Shown here piece after piece: positions 25,831 through 38,452 of a DNA stretch of 64,000 nt. The translations under genes were made by a program, and so were the position numbers. Under the pieces are notes generated by a model. That model did no database searches. It was given only the letters and a program-made list of their open reading frames with translations, and was not told the DNA's origin. This DNA comes from Phoronis australis (Eukaryota; Animalia; Phoronida), in NCBI GenBank assembly GCA_002633005.1, contig NMRA01000073.1:334150-398149 (forward strand), written 5' to 3'. Every line of letters begins with the position of its first letter. The first letter of the stretch is position 1.

Positions 25831-27298
25831 ACATGTAATTCATGTGCGTCGGACTTCTATATTCTTGTTATTATGTCTAAATTAGTCAAATTTGAAGTGA
25901 GTTAGTACTTACGAACGTGTTTGGCATTCGCAAGGGAATAGTGAAGTTTTACGGCAATTCCGGTCCTTATGATATCAACCATACTCCTGGAAATAGACGA
26001 TCATGACACATTTAAAATGTAATAGGCACGTTATGCGAAATTCGAGACGTACTTTTCTGGAACTACGCTGACGAAACACATGCGGCACCTCTTCAGCAGA
26101 ACAACGCCGTGGAATTTGCCTCTCTTTCAGTAACGCTAGGACCTCGTTAAAAAGCTTCGCGAGATAACGTGATATATTGCCGTGTATTTCAAATGATAAC
26201 ACGTGACTTTGGCTAGATTTTAGCTAGGCCCTAGCGTAGGACCTAGCGTTACTGAACGCACGCCCGATGTCTTCTTTTTCGTCGGAGATTCAATTATATA
26301 GGTCAACGCGATGTTCGGCGTGCGCATCAGTTCTTCGATTTAATCTATTTGGTTGATAGGTACTGCTTTAGTTTGTTAATTTTTTAAATCACGTTACGGT
26401 CTGCTCATCATTGATTAATCGTACTGTTGAAGCATGGGTGGTAAGAGATACTGTAATGTACCGTTGTGTCACAACACGTCGGCTACTGTTTTGGACAAAG
26501 GTAAAAAAAGTGACATTACATAGGATACCTGTCAAAATAGAAATCTAAACGGTATGGATTCAGCGGAGCATGCTTTGAACACGAAGCAACATACGTACCA
26601 TTTTTCCTAGCAAGCGACAACCGCAAGTTGCTGCTCCCAGGCCTTCAAGTAGTTTACCATGGAAAGACAAAGTCCGTGGTCATTTCTGTTGTGGAAGAGC
26701 CCTTGATGAGACGGGACGTTTGTGAAGATGTCGATTGCCAGAATGAAAGTACAGTGAACATAAGTTGTTAGAAAGAAAACATTCCATGTTATCCTCCAAA
26801 GCATGTAGATATTAGGCAATTACCGTCTCTGGATGCCACAGACATCCAGGGGGCGATAGCACATCCCCCACAAAAAGTTACGAATTTCAAAACGCAGGAA
26901 ATAAAATCAAATGAAACATGCATATATGCACATGGAGTTATAATTAACCAATGCCATAAGTCTAGAGACGATTCAGCCAAGAATTTGAGCAAATCGTTTA
27001 AATCTGTCGCGGGTTTCTCCTTACTGCGGCTTGTCATTTTGAGGAAGTAACGTGATATCATGCATGTTGATGAATAGAACGTCCAAGGGACACAAATCTT
27101 ACAAATTTCACCCGATACCTTCCCCTGTTATTTTGCAAGTGTCACGCGCCAGCGTCACGCGCTTCGCTCAGATCCGCACTAGCCTTTGCCTAACTCACGT
27201 GACTCAATTGAAATACTTTGTGGTTATCGCGCGCAAGGTGAAAAATTTAACGGTGACCAACAAAGTGGAATTAGAATTCTTAACCAAAGACACCTTAA

Positions 27299-27577
27299 AG
27301 GAGAATGCCACTCAAAAAACAACATATTTTGTATCAATTTAGGTCGAGTAGTTCTACTCGATAACGCCAGGTTCGGTTGCGTTACCTGACACCTGACGGC
27401 AGACGGAGGTGTTGAAATTATCCAATGACGTCATTGTTTTCACACGGAGTCTGTGCAGCAGTGGTGTGGGCTTATCGCTTGAATTAATCGTTTAACACCA
27501 ATAAATCATCAAACTTCGATGTAAAACCCTTAAAAATACACAGAGTTCTTATAAAAACGTATTGTTTTATTTCGCCG
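27299..27577. mobile_element. Terminal fragment of the same Kolobok-like family
   Basis: TTAA|AGGAGAATGCCAC; reverse-complement match to 23750-24041. Confidence 0.7.
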
Positions 27578-28383
27578 AATAACTTTTACATACATACCTT
27601 AGAAAGCGCAAACATATTACGTCGTCCAAGGTTTGCCACATTTTACTTCCTGATTTGCCTCTGTCATCGCGTCTTATCATGAAGTCTCCCCTTGTACAGC
27701 CTCTAATTACATCATCACAACAGCCCCCTATCTAGTTTTGGCAGTGAAATGGGTCTGTCATTTGTCTCTGTACATGTTTATAAGGTAAGCGCAGTGAAAT
27801 ATGATTAAACCTTAAAAGCGCAGAACGGCAAGTCCCGGCTTTTAAATCAGTCAAATTTCCTAGAAGGTGATACAGTTTCCCAACGATATATGTAGTGTGA
27901 TGGACAAAGTGTAATAAAGTAGACGGCGACGTCACCATGAGCCTATGTCATGAATTCTCATGAAGTTATTAAGTGCAAGTTTCATCATTTCCTGTGACGT
28001 ACACATATCCCAACAAAACAGTTCATGTTACATAACAATTCCGGGACATCTTGTGTTGTTGTTTACTATGTCACTGACCAGGTCCCACTCATAGTGAAAC
28101 CTTATAGGCCAGACATTGTCCAGACTCTATTCATGTTTATGAGTTAGATGAAATCACCGGAACTCACAACCCACACATATTTCTATTCACTATATATATT
28201 GTAGGTAATAAACGTTGTGTGTCAGTAGAAACTCAACGACTGTGTTAGTTTTTATGCTGTTCTCAATCGACTTGCTGTTGCTACCTTGCTTGCCAACTAT
28301 CTACTGTTCAGCCAAGAACCGGGTAACCCAACTACACTACCACGACCATCCTCACATGAGTGGAGCCGTATTCTCCACACTGC

Positions 28384-28401
28384 TGGTGCCGTTGCTCGGA
28401 T
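28384..28401 (+). promoter_or_regulatory. Primer-binding site, tRNA-His-like
   Basis: TGGTGCCGTTGCTCGGAT just after the 5' LTR; close to the complement of the tRNA-His 3' end (TGGTGCCGTGACTCGGAT). Confidence 0.7.
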
Positions 28402-28935
28402 GGATGTAAACATCCAAGATGCCAGAATGAACTTCTTCCGTAGGAGAATCATCAAAGGGCAAATCATTCAGATCGTGAAAGCCTCTCGGAAGCTCCATAG
28501 AACAAGACGGAGACACACCGGACGCGACATTACGACTTGCGAAATACATCGATGATCTAGATGGAAAGATCAGAACAGTTACCGAACTGTTCACAAACTA
28601 CGCCCAATACATCGACCGTGACCAACTAGATACATATGCAGAAGAAACACAGTCCTACCTGGATGAAGTGGAAAATCAGCTTCGGGACATGAGGTTCCAC
28701 CCTATGACGAATACATGTCAGAGCACTCCTACATGTGAGTCAAATATCTCGACAATAATGCCAACAACGACAAAGCTCCGCCCAAGACAGCGATAAACCT
28801 CCCAAAACTGCACCTACATGTGTTCTCTGGAGAACAACTGAAATGATTAGAATTCTACCACTCGTTTGAAGCTCTAATTCATAAAGATGCCACCCTTGCC
28901 CCGATCCAGAAACTTCAATATTTACGCGCTCAATT

Positions 28936-30283
28936 CAGNNNNNNNNNNNNNNNNNNNNNNNNNNNNNNNNNNNNNNNNNNNNNNNNNNNNNNNNNNNNNN
29001 NNNNNNNNNNNNNNNNNNNNNNNNNNNNNNNNNNNNNNNNNNNNNNNNNNNNNNNNNNNNNNNNNNNNNNNNNNNNNNNNNNNNNNNNNNNNNNNNNNNN
29101 NNNNNNNNNNNNNNNNNNNNNNNNNNNNNNNNNNNNNNNNNNNNNNNNNNNNNNNNNNNNNNNNNNNNNNNNNNNNNNNNNNNNNNNNNNNNNNNNNNNN
29201 NNNNNNNNNNNNNNNNNNNNNNNNNNNNNNNNNNNNNNNNNNNNNNNNNNNNNNNNNNNNNNNNNNNNNNNNNNNNNNNNNNNNNNNNNNNNNNNNNNNN
29301 NNNNNNNNNNNNNNNNNNNNNNNNNNNNNNNNNNNNNNNNNNNNNNNNNNNNNNNNNNNNNNNNNNNNNNNNNNNNNNNNNNNNNNNNNNNNNNNNNNNN
29401 NNNNNNNNNNNNNNNNNNNNNNNNNNNNNNNNNNNNNNNNNNNNNNNNNNNNNNNNNNNNNNNNNNNNNNNNNNNNNNNNNNNNNNNNNNNNNNNNNNNN
29501 NNNNNNNNNNNNNNNNNNNNNNNNNNNNNNNNNNNNNNNNNNNNNNNNNNNNNNNNNNNNNNNNNNNNNNNNNNNNNNNNNNNNNNNNNNNNNNNNNNNN
29601 NNNNNNNNNNNNNNNNNNNNNNNNNNNNNNNNNNNNNNNNNNNNNNNNNNNNNNNNNNNNNNNNNNNNNNNNNNNNNNNNNNNNNNNNNNNNNNNNNNNN
29701 NNNNNNNNNNNNNNNNNNNNNNNNNNNNNNNNNNNNNNNNNNNNNNNNNNNNNNNNNNNNNNNNNNNNNNNNNNNNNNNNNNNNNNNNNNNNNNNNNNNN
29801 NNNNNNNNNNNNNNNNNNNNNNNNNNNNNNNNNNNNNNNNNNNNNNNNNNNNNNNNNNNNNNNNNNNNNNNNNNNNNNNNNNNNNNNNNNNNNNNNNNNN
29901 NNNNNNNNNNNNNNNNNNNNNNNNNNNNNNNNTTAAAAAATGAAGTAAATTTTCTTCATTGCACAATGGAGCAGACGACGGAAACTGAGTCGTAGTGCTC
30001 AGCGCCACTGCCGGTCGCTTGGGATATCGCGGGAGAGCCTATACTTAGCCATAGTTCCGTTACGAATGCGCCGTGTTCCGAATTTGACACTTGAAATTGG
30101 ATTTGAGCCCCCCCCCCCAACACTAAAACTGCACACATTTAAATCTTTTTTCATCCGTATACTTTTAATTACCGGGGTTAATTAGTAAACTCAACATTTA
30201 TTTCCCTACGCTCTTACTGTTTTATTTTTTTGCGGCAGCCAAGGGGGGGGCGGACCCCTGGGCCCCCCCTAAATCCGCCTATG
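28936..30283. mobile_element. 5-bp-TSD (hAT5-like) element inserted in BEL gag, mostly in gap 28939-29932
   Basis: CAATT|CAG ... ATCCGCCTATG|CAATT; gag homology resumes immediately after. Confidence 0.7.
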
Positions 30284-32899
30284 CAATTCTAGTGGTGACA
30301 CCACCAAAGTCATAGAAGGTCTACCACTATCAAACGATTCCTATGAAGCCGCCTTGAAACAACTGAATGGCAGGTATGGTAACACTGAAGATCTAGTAAC
30401 TCATTACACTACAGCATTGCTGAACATCCCTGCCCCGTCATCCGATGCTGCCAACTTACGTCGATTCCACGATAGTGTTAATACGTGCATACGTGGTTTA
30501 GAGACCCTAGGACAAGTCGCCGCCCAAGATCATGTGCTTGTGACCATCATACGCCAAAAGATACCGAAGGATGTGCTAATTCAATTAAATCGTAACCATG
30601 TCGGAGGAAAATGGTCCGTCGAACAACTGATGAATGCCCTTGACAAGGAGATCAAGGCCAACCAAACTGGAGATTTGTACAACCACTGATGTAAGTGCTT
30701 TTTATACTGGAAATCGCCCAAGACCAACTTACGCTTCAACTCCGAGTGGCAATAGACGGCCTCCTGAGCCGAGATACACTACACTTACCCCATCGCATCT
30801 GACCCACGGACGTATGATTTCAACACTACCCCGCCAGTTTACAAAACTTTAAAGACGAAATTATAGAACCAGATTTTACTCTACGACACGATTCCAAGAC
30901 CAGACGAGTGAAATATTTGAATTAACTGTATACAGACCTTTGGACACGATGGAAAAACAAATATTTAGCATCCCTCCGAGAGCGACACGCTCAGTCTGCA
31001 AAATGGGGCAGAATTCCGAAAAACGTATTTACCAAGGGAGACGTCGTGCTCATTCATTCCGACACTGAAAAACGTGTCGACTGGCCTATGGGCAATGTGA
31101 AAGAATTGATCATTGGAGCTGACGACTTCGTACGTTTAACAATCATCAAGACAAGGAAGGGATTGTCAATAGCCAAACCCGCTCGAAGTAAACAGTAACT
31201 TAATGAACAACGATAACACGGATTTTGGAATCAATCAAGGAACTGTTGACCGACCTAATTAAAAGCGTCAAGCAGCTCAATTCGCTATGGTAAAAATCAA
31301 CTGATTAGTCACCAAAGACCAAGATGATTATTCAGATTAATTGTATATCAAGGAGTGACTACGTATTTCATGCATAACCATATGACTTGTTTGGATACAC
31401 ATACTTATGGTTTATCTTAATTTGATATGTGAGATTTTGAGAGAGTGCAACATAACAGTGCTTGTTAAAATTTGAATATTTTTACCTTTTCGGCCGGCGG
31501 AGTGGCATGAATTCTAATGAAGTTACAAGTGCAAGTTTCATCATTTCCTATGACGTACAAATATTCCAAAAAACAGTTTATGTTACATAACAATTCCGGG
31601 ACATCATGTTGTTTTTTACTATGTCACTGACTAGTACCCACTCATAGTGAAACCCTATATTATGCTAGGCAGCTGTCCAAACTCCATTCATGTTGATGAG
31701 TTGGATGAAATCACCGGAGCTCTCAATATTGTTGTTGTTCTGCACTCACAACCCACACATATTTCTATTCACTACGTATTGTAGCTGTATAGAGTCAATA
31801 AAATCTGTGAGTCAGTAGAAACTCAACGACTGTGTTAGTTTTTATTCTGCTCTCCATCGAGTTGCTGTAGCTACTTTGCTTGCCAACTATCTACCGTTCA
31901 ACCAAGAACCGGGTAACCCAACCACACTACCACGACCATCCCCACATTAGTGGAGCCGTATTCTCCACAGCCTAACTGCTCTCCCCCGGTCATAAATCGT
32001 CATCTTCTCTAAACCTCCTCCCACTCCTCGAATGATGACGTAATATTTGAACTCCCCTTACAAGAGATTCTAATGACACTCAACCCCTACTAACATTAAC
32101 TCGCTGTGTACATCGGCACACACACTCTAAGGGCACGGGACGACTTGTTTTCAACGACACCACGAAGTTAAAACCAGGAGAAGACCACTGACATGCTGTA
32201 AAATGTAACAATTTTGTAAAATGTTACAACTGATACATTTTACGTCGTAAATGTTACATTATACGTCGAATGCGCATAGGAGAAATGTACCATTGCCACA
32301 TTTTACTAAACCAATGTCATATCACAAAGTAAATGACCAAAATAACGAACAAGTAATATCTGCCAAGGCCGGGAGGATACTCAAGTATTTTGGAACGAGG
32401 GTTGCCGCCCAAATAGAGTGGGCTTGGCCAACAATTGATCCATTTAGAGAGTAATTTTGTGTAAAAATTCATATTCCGCAAAGTTATGTTCCAGAAATTC
32501 AAGAAGGCACGCATACCTCCTCTATAGAAATATCCTCTGGGATGACACGTCACGAATTTGGCTAACCACCACCACCACCACCACTTCAACCACCACATCT
32601 TAGTCAAGAGATCGCCCAAAGCAAATAATGTGGTAACTTGATGAATTGCTCAATAATTTCGCTGTCAGTTTGATCAGGAAAACTATTTTCATCAGGTAAC
32701 CGCATCACATGGGTTTAGATCACAACAAGAAAAATTTTTGCGTTGCCTGTGATACGCAAATCTGAACCGTGGATTTAAGGCCTCAAATTTTCACGAAGTA
32801 ACAACAGAAATGTTGTGGAGTAAGGATGCACGTTCTAAGCATCAAAACACATTATAAAAATATACCGAATGACCTTGAAGTGTACCCATTGTCCCAACA

Positions 32900-33300
32900 A
32901 TTTTAGGAAACCAAATTAATACGGTCCTAAAGAATTGTCACTTACAAGACTGGAATATTACGAAATGATGACTGCTCTTTCTGTAAGAATGAGTCCGAGG
33001 ATCTTTTCAATTTGCATTGGTTTTGCATTAATGTACACTCATATTACGTAACTTCAAATGATACATTTTTGAGCAATCTGATGGATCTGAAATATGTCAT
33101 TTAATAATTGGTTTTAATAAACTACACATATATAAAATAATGCTAAGCATCTAAAAATTTAGAATTTGCCAAAACAGAAATCATTGATTATCGTGGTGTA
33201 GGGAAATGAATAGCGTAATCACAAGAAATTCTTAGAGATGTGGGCCCCTATGGCATATTTTATTCTGTGCCGTATTTTGTTGTTTCCCCATGTGCGTGTT
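32900..33300 (+). mobile_element. Decayed L1/Tx1 3' fragment
   Basis: zf-RVT-like CSFCKNESEDLFNLHWFC. Confidence 0.55.
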
Positions 33301-33438
33301 CGTGGTGTACTTTCTGAGAAACTTGGCTCGTACAGTGGGGAGATGTTATTCGTCAATAGATTTTTACAACTAAGGTGGTAGACAGAACCCCTCGCCGGGT
33401 ATCAGGAACTTTGATCTAGCTCCTTTTGTGTGGAGCTA

Positions 33439-36217
33439 TAGTCGGTGGGCCAGAATTTGTAGGGCCTCTAGAAAATGTTTTTTGAGAGTACTTTAGGGGG
33501 GCAATTTTATTTTGGTGTTTTTTAATTCATTTATTAGAGTGTTTTCAAAAGTTCCCACATATAAAGTTGCACATTTTTGAGAAATTTGAGTTTGAAGTTA
33601 CCTAATAATCACCAAAGAGCTTAGTTAACTTATATTTGTAAAAACAACAGTTTGTGTGACTTTTTTGTAAAACAAGTAATATGGTCCCATCAGTGCCATT
33701 GTATTGAACAATATTACACTCACATTACATGTTTTACTATTGTAGATTAATTGTAAACAGTGAAATTTAAAAAATGTAAAGAGACAGTTGCAAAAATGCA
33801 AACTAAGAATGAATGTTACTAGGAAGTTATTCTGCCATTGTCTGGCAACAAAAATAACACAAAACACTTGAGACTGGGCAAAATTTGTGCCTCAATGACT
33901 AAAACATTGACTAATGGTGTAAAATACAGCTTGCTCGCATAATACACCAGAAATACGTTAGGGTACAAAAACAATATAGTTGAATGATCTCTGTGAATAT
34001 GCACACAGACTTTATGAAAATAAAAGATTATTTTGACAGCGTTTATCAAGCAGTATGAGACAAATAAATGACAATGATCAAAGTATGTACTTTCTATGAC
34101 TTAATCAACCAATAAAATTAACTTTGAATCCAAAAAACGAAATAACGGGGTTGGAGGTCCATTTAGGGTTGACTTGTCAAGGAACTATCCAATGTTATGC
34201 AGTCAGTGTTGCTGATGTTACTACAGTTGTCACAGCTGCACATTTCTGTACAGTTTGACCCAGCATTGCAGCACAAACTCAGTTTCCCAGCACACATGTT
34301 CTTTTTGCACTTGCAGCGTTCATCGTTTAGTACTGTCAATGGAGATGCGGGCATTGCCATACATTTTAACTGCAAAGCTCCACTGCCAAGAAGCCAACTA
34401 TGGTCGATTAGAGAGGGTACAGCATTGCACACTGGTGATTGGCCAGCAGGCAATGAAGGGTCAAACACTAAGTCCTTGTTTGGAGGCGGGCAGGATTTGG
34501 GCAAACGTTTGATTCAAAATATGTTATAATGGGCTGTGTTAATTAGAGTCAGCAAGTGAATTATTGAACGCTTAGCCTCAATTCACTTTTATATCTCTTA
34601 GTCGGGCACAAACTACAACAGTGAGTAGCTTCAACAATCGTTTCTTAAGATTGCCTGTCCAAATAACTTCATGCACACAAGCTTTCTGAAGAACAGCTTC
34701 AAAGTCTTGCTTTAGTTTTGAAAGGCAAATGACATATCCATGTGTTAGAAGCTTTGATTCAATGAATTCCAAATAAAACTGTAGAAAAACATCTCTGAAA
34801 ACTGTGGATTCGTCACTCTTCACAATCGTTGTCTTTCTATTTTTTATAGTATGATGATCTGTGGTACTTGGCTTCTAAGACATAATGTCTTTATCTTTGA
34901 ATTTCATTTGCATATTCAGGGCTCTGGACTGAGCTGTTGCTTGCTTTACAAGTCCAGCTGAAAAAAAAACCCGAACTGTTAACACTAATTTAACATTCAA
35001 CTATGAGTGAGTTGGCATGCAACTTTTTCAAACGGACTTATCAGGAACTGATCTGTCGCCTAAAAATCTTGATCGTCTAATAATTAGATTAGTTGATGCA
35101 ACTGTTAATATATCAGCTGATGTACCAGTGCAGTGATTTAAATTTGATTTTTTTTTAGGTCAGATGCTCAAACCATAGTCAATCGATTTACACTTACTGT
35201 AAGGTAATCGACGTTTGACGAAATGGACAGTGGCTTCCATCGTCCTCAAATTACGACGGCGACGATGGCCACTTAGGCATTTTAATTTAATTATCATTGT
35301 AGCTACCTAAGTAATTAATGTTTACAAAAAATTGAGAAGAGGTTCTCCCTATCCCAGGACTACGGCAGGGCATGACAGCCACTGGTGATAATACTGAAAC
35401 ACACATGGAAAACACCAAGCTGTACCTTTCAAAAACAAGTACCTGTTTTTTAAAGCTATACTTCTTTCTCTTTCTTGAAATATGGTCCATAATATACTTT
35501 TCCTGCTAACAAATGATGCACTCATGTTTCAGAATGTTCCTATCTTGTTCAGGTTAATTGGGTGTTTCAGATTTTGGAAGTATAATTGATTTTCTTGGGA
35601 ATCTTGGATAACATCTGTATCACTTTCAGCAACTTCAGCTTTAGTACTACTGCTGGTGTCTTGAAACGTTGCTATGCCGTTCTATGTCCTTTCAATTTTT
35701 TGGTCTTACACTTGGTATTCTAGTCTACAGCACTCAGCAGTATACAGTGTAGGCTATACCAGGACATGTAGCTGTTTTCTGCACAAACGTTTGTGACACC
35801 TCTTCTTCTTTTTGATCTACTGATCTACAGAGTTCCACAGTCCATTAGCTTTGTCAGGAAGCTTTCCTAAGCTTCTTTAGGCTCTGGCATGACAATTTTA
35901 TGCTGTTTGATAAACCTTGAATTATACAGGCATCACACTCCATGGGAGCAGCCATATTGAAGTAACTAAGCACAACAATACAATCTGGCTCTCTGATTGG
36001 TCAATTCAATAGAAAAGCGCCACCAAATGGGAGGAATGTGCATCATATTTTGTGCAACAAAAACACCTTTTTAAAAAAAATGTGCAAGTGTAGACATGGG
36101 AACTTTTTGGGAATTTGATTTATAGGTAGGCCTACATTATCTAGCCACATAGAAAAAACTAGGTTACCCCCAAAGTACTCACAAGGATGAACGCTATGAG
36201 ACCTGGCCCACCGACTA
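33439..36217 (-). mobile_element. Deleted Academ-like DNA transposon
   Basis: Perfect 15-bp TIR TAGTCGGTGGGCCAG / CTGGCCCACCGACTA. Minus-strand remnants include an EAKYH-like motif, VICLSKLKQDF..LKKRL and a Cys-rich tail CKCKKNMC..CCNAGSNCTEMCSCDNCSN. No clear TSD. Confidence 0.7.
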
Positions 36218-38452
36218 CAGGGCAATATCGCAATAGCGATTACTTCAAGGGGATAAAACACTTACTGAAATAAATAAAACTATTGTGGACTAAACAGACA
36301 GTGTTATTTTTCTATCAAACTGACTTCCGAAATTGAGTTCTACGTGAACAATTTTGGTGTGGACGTGCGATAAATATTAGCCAAATACAATGTCACTGTT
36401 TCTGCTGTGCTTAACACGGGTAGCGTGTTTACTGTACGTAATGCCGGATACACAATTGGTTTATGACCTTAGAGCAATAGCTTGCAAGAACGCTTATCAA
36501 TTCGAGCTGGCACATTTGACAGATTTTTATGCACAAAACCCGCTAAAGAAGCCGTTAAGCGTGTGAACCGTTTTCTTCCGTGTGACAAGTACCTGCAATC
36601 TCATGAAATATGACGTCGCTTTCGCAAAATGTATAAAATGGTAAATTTCTCGCATGTGTATTCAACACAAATTGAAACAATTACATAAAATGTAACAACT
36701 TGTTGCATTTTAGGGTAGGCCTAGCGACGTAAAAAACGCATGTAAGTGCTACATCACATGTTTTTGTATGTTCTGGAAAAAAGCACACTCTTTTGCCTCT
36801 TTATTTGTTAGACATCGCGCTTTGAAAAGGACAATTTACCCCGTTTGTTTACATGGCCATTAGCAGTGTCACGTGATTAGTAGCACTCTCCAGTACTCGC
36901 TAGTTCCCTGCTTGCAGCTAGGTGGTCGGTAGCCAGCACGCATTCATCACTTAATTTTCTTCGGGAGATTTTTTACACCGGCGTTTCTGATTGGCTAGTC
37001 GAATTCTCAACAGGCAGCGCTTTTAGTTTACGCAAACAAATTGGCATGACTGATGGACTGAAGTATAAATGTGGTCTGTTGTACAGACAAATCGGTGCTT
37101 AAAATTCATGTTCAGGAAACGTGAATCATAGAAATTGTGGTTGCGTCTTTTCGGAGTGCATGTTTCTGCTGTCGATGACTGTTGTTTACGGTATTGTCCT
37201 GTATTAATACAGTATGAATAACACAGGTTAAATCGGCCACATATGTGTTTATTGTGCATGTATGTACTATTAAACACTATTGTAGAAAAGAAATAGTTGC
37301 AGCGACGCCACTTGCATGAGAAGGCTAAAAATCGTTCACAGTCCGCCATTTTATCACCATGTTGTAGAGCTAACCAATGACTGCTGAGGTTACATCAACC
37401 AATGCTAAAGCGCGTGCCACTGCGTGATACCTGCGTGCTGGCTAGGCACGTAGGGTACCATGGGCAATTGCGTACCAGCGAGTCTCCAATATGGCGTCAA
37501 GTTGTCAGCTACAGTAGCGCGTGCGCCCGGTCTATAGCTTTAAGATGTCTATGGTAGCATTACTTACACGTGACCCATGTTGCAAAAAATTCTTCTAATA
37601 GTGGACATTTGGAAAATTGAAGCTTTCTCAGCACGTGGAGCGAGAAACTGATCATTAATACGACTTTTTCATGAGAATATACTTATTTCAAAAAATAAAT
37701 CCAAGATGTTGGAAGGGTGCTCACGATAGCCCTATTAATCTTGTGCATTGCGAATATGCAGGGGCAGCTGTCTATGTACTGCAGTATGGTAGCAAGGCGT
37801 GCAACTTATCATAACTATGAGGTGGTGTGAGTTTGTGCTAGGGGAGTTACAGCTATGGGTATGCAATACGTACCGGATTTAATGGAGTTCAGGGGTGTAA
37901 CCCCTTTCAGAGGATACGTGGTACCGTGCCGTCTTTACCATAGAGCTCAATAGGTCCTTTGCCCGAGAGCACCACGCCGATCCATGTCATGGATACAAAG
38001 ATGCAAAATGGTACGCATCTTCAGGATGCATTGCCAGTGTGAAAGCAAGGTTTGCCACACCCCGCATTATCTAGGTAATTAATTCACTGAATAACAAATA
38101 CATGCACTTTCACATGCAGGCTGTATAGGATGATGTTCTTCGGAGGGGGAGGAGGCATTCGCAACTGCAACATTGGATTATTTATGGGCAAAACAGTAAG
38201 CCATACAAGGTCGAGTCGTGTCCGCATAATACGAGGAGTCACACAACTTTTTTCGTAATGCTTAAAAAACTTATAGTGTTACCTGTACTTAAAAAGTTAT
38301 GTCGATCAAAATGGGTTCGAAGGCTCATATCTCTTCATGTAATATACGTAAAATTGAGTTACAGTGTAAGTTTTGTAATGCTAAGTTTGAATGTGAAATC
38401 CTGTTTAAACAAATGCCCGTCCACAGATTTGTTAGCAATGCTCATTTTCCTA

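Larger units (their letters stand above)
27946..31969 (+). mobile_element. Internally deleted BEL/Pao LTR retrotransposon
   Basis: LTRs at 27946-28379 and 31503-31969 (TG..CA); GCCTA TSD on both sides; PBS and PPT present; DUF1759-type gag (LPKL..FSGE..QKLQYLRAQ..SYEAALKQLNGRYGN); integrase C-terminus (LTPSHL..WTRWKNKYLASLRERH..GDVVLI..WPMG). Confidence 0.93.
27600..32058. mobile_element. Harbinger-like MITE split by the BEL insertion
   Basis: Imperfect inverted termini ..ACATATTACGTC (about 27612) and GACGTAATATTTGAACTCCCC (about 32037) with TTA flanks. Confidence 0.4.

Noticed and set aside
28887-30008. 349-aa and 357-aa ORFs
   Set aside because: Artefacts of the N gap.
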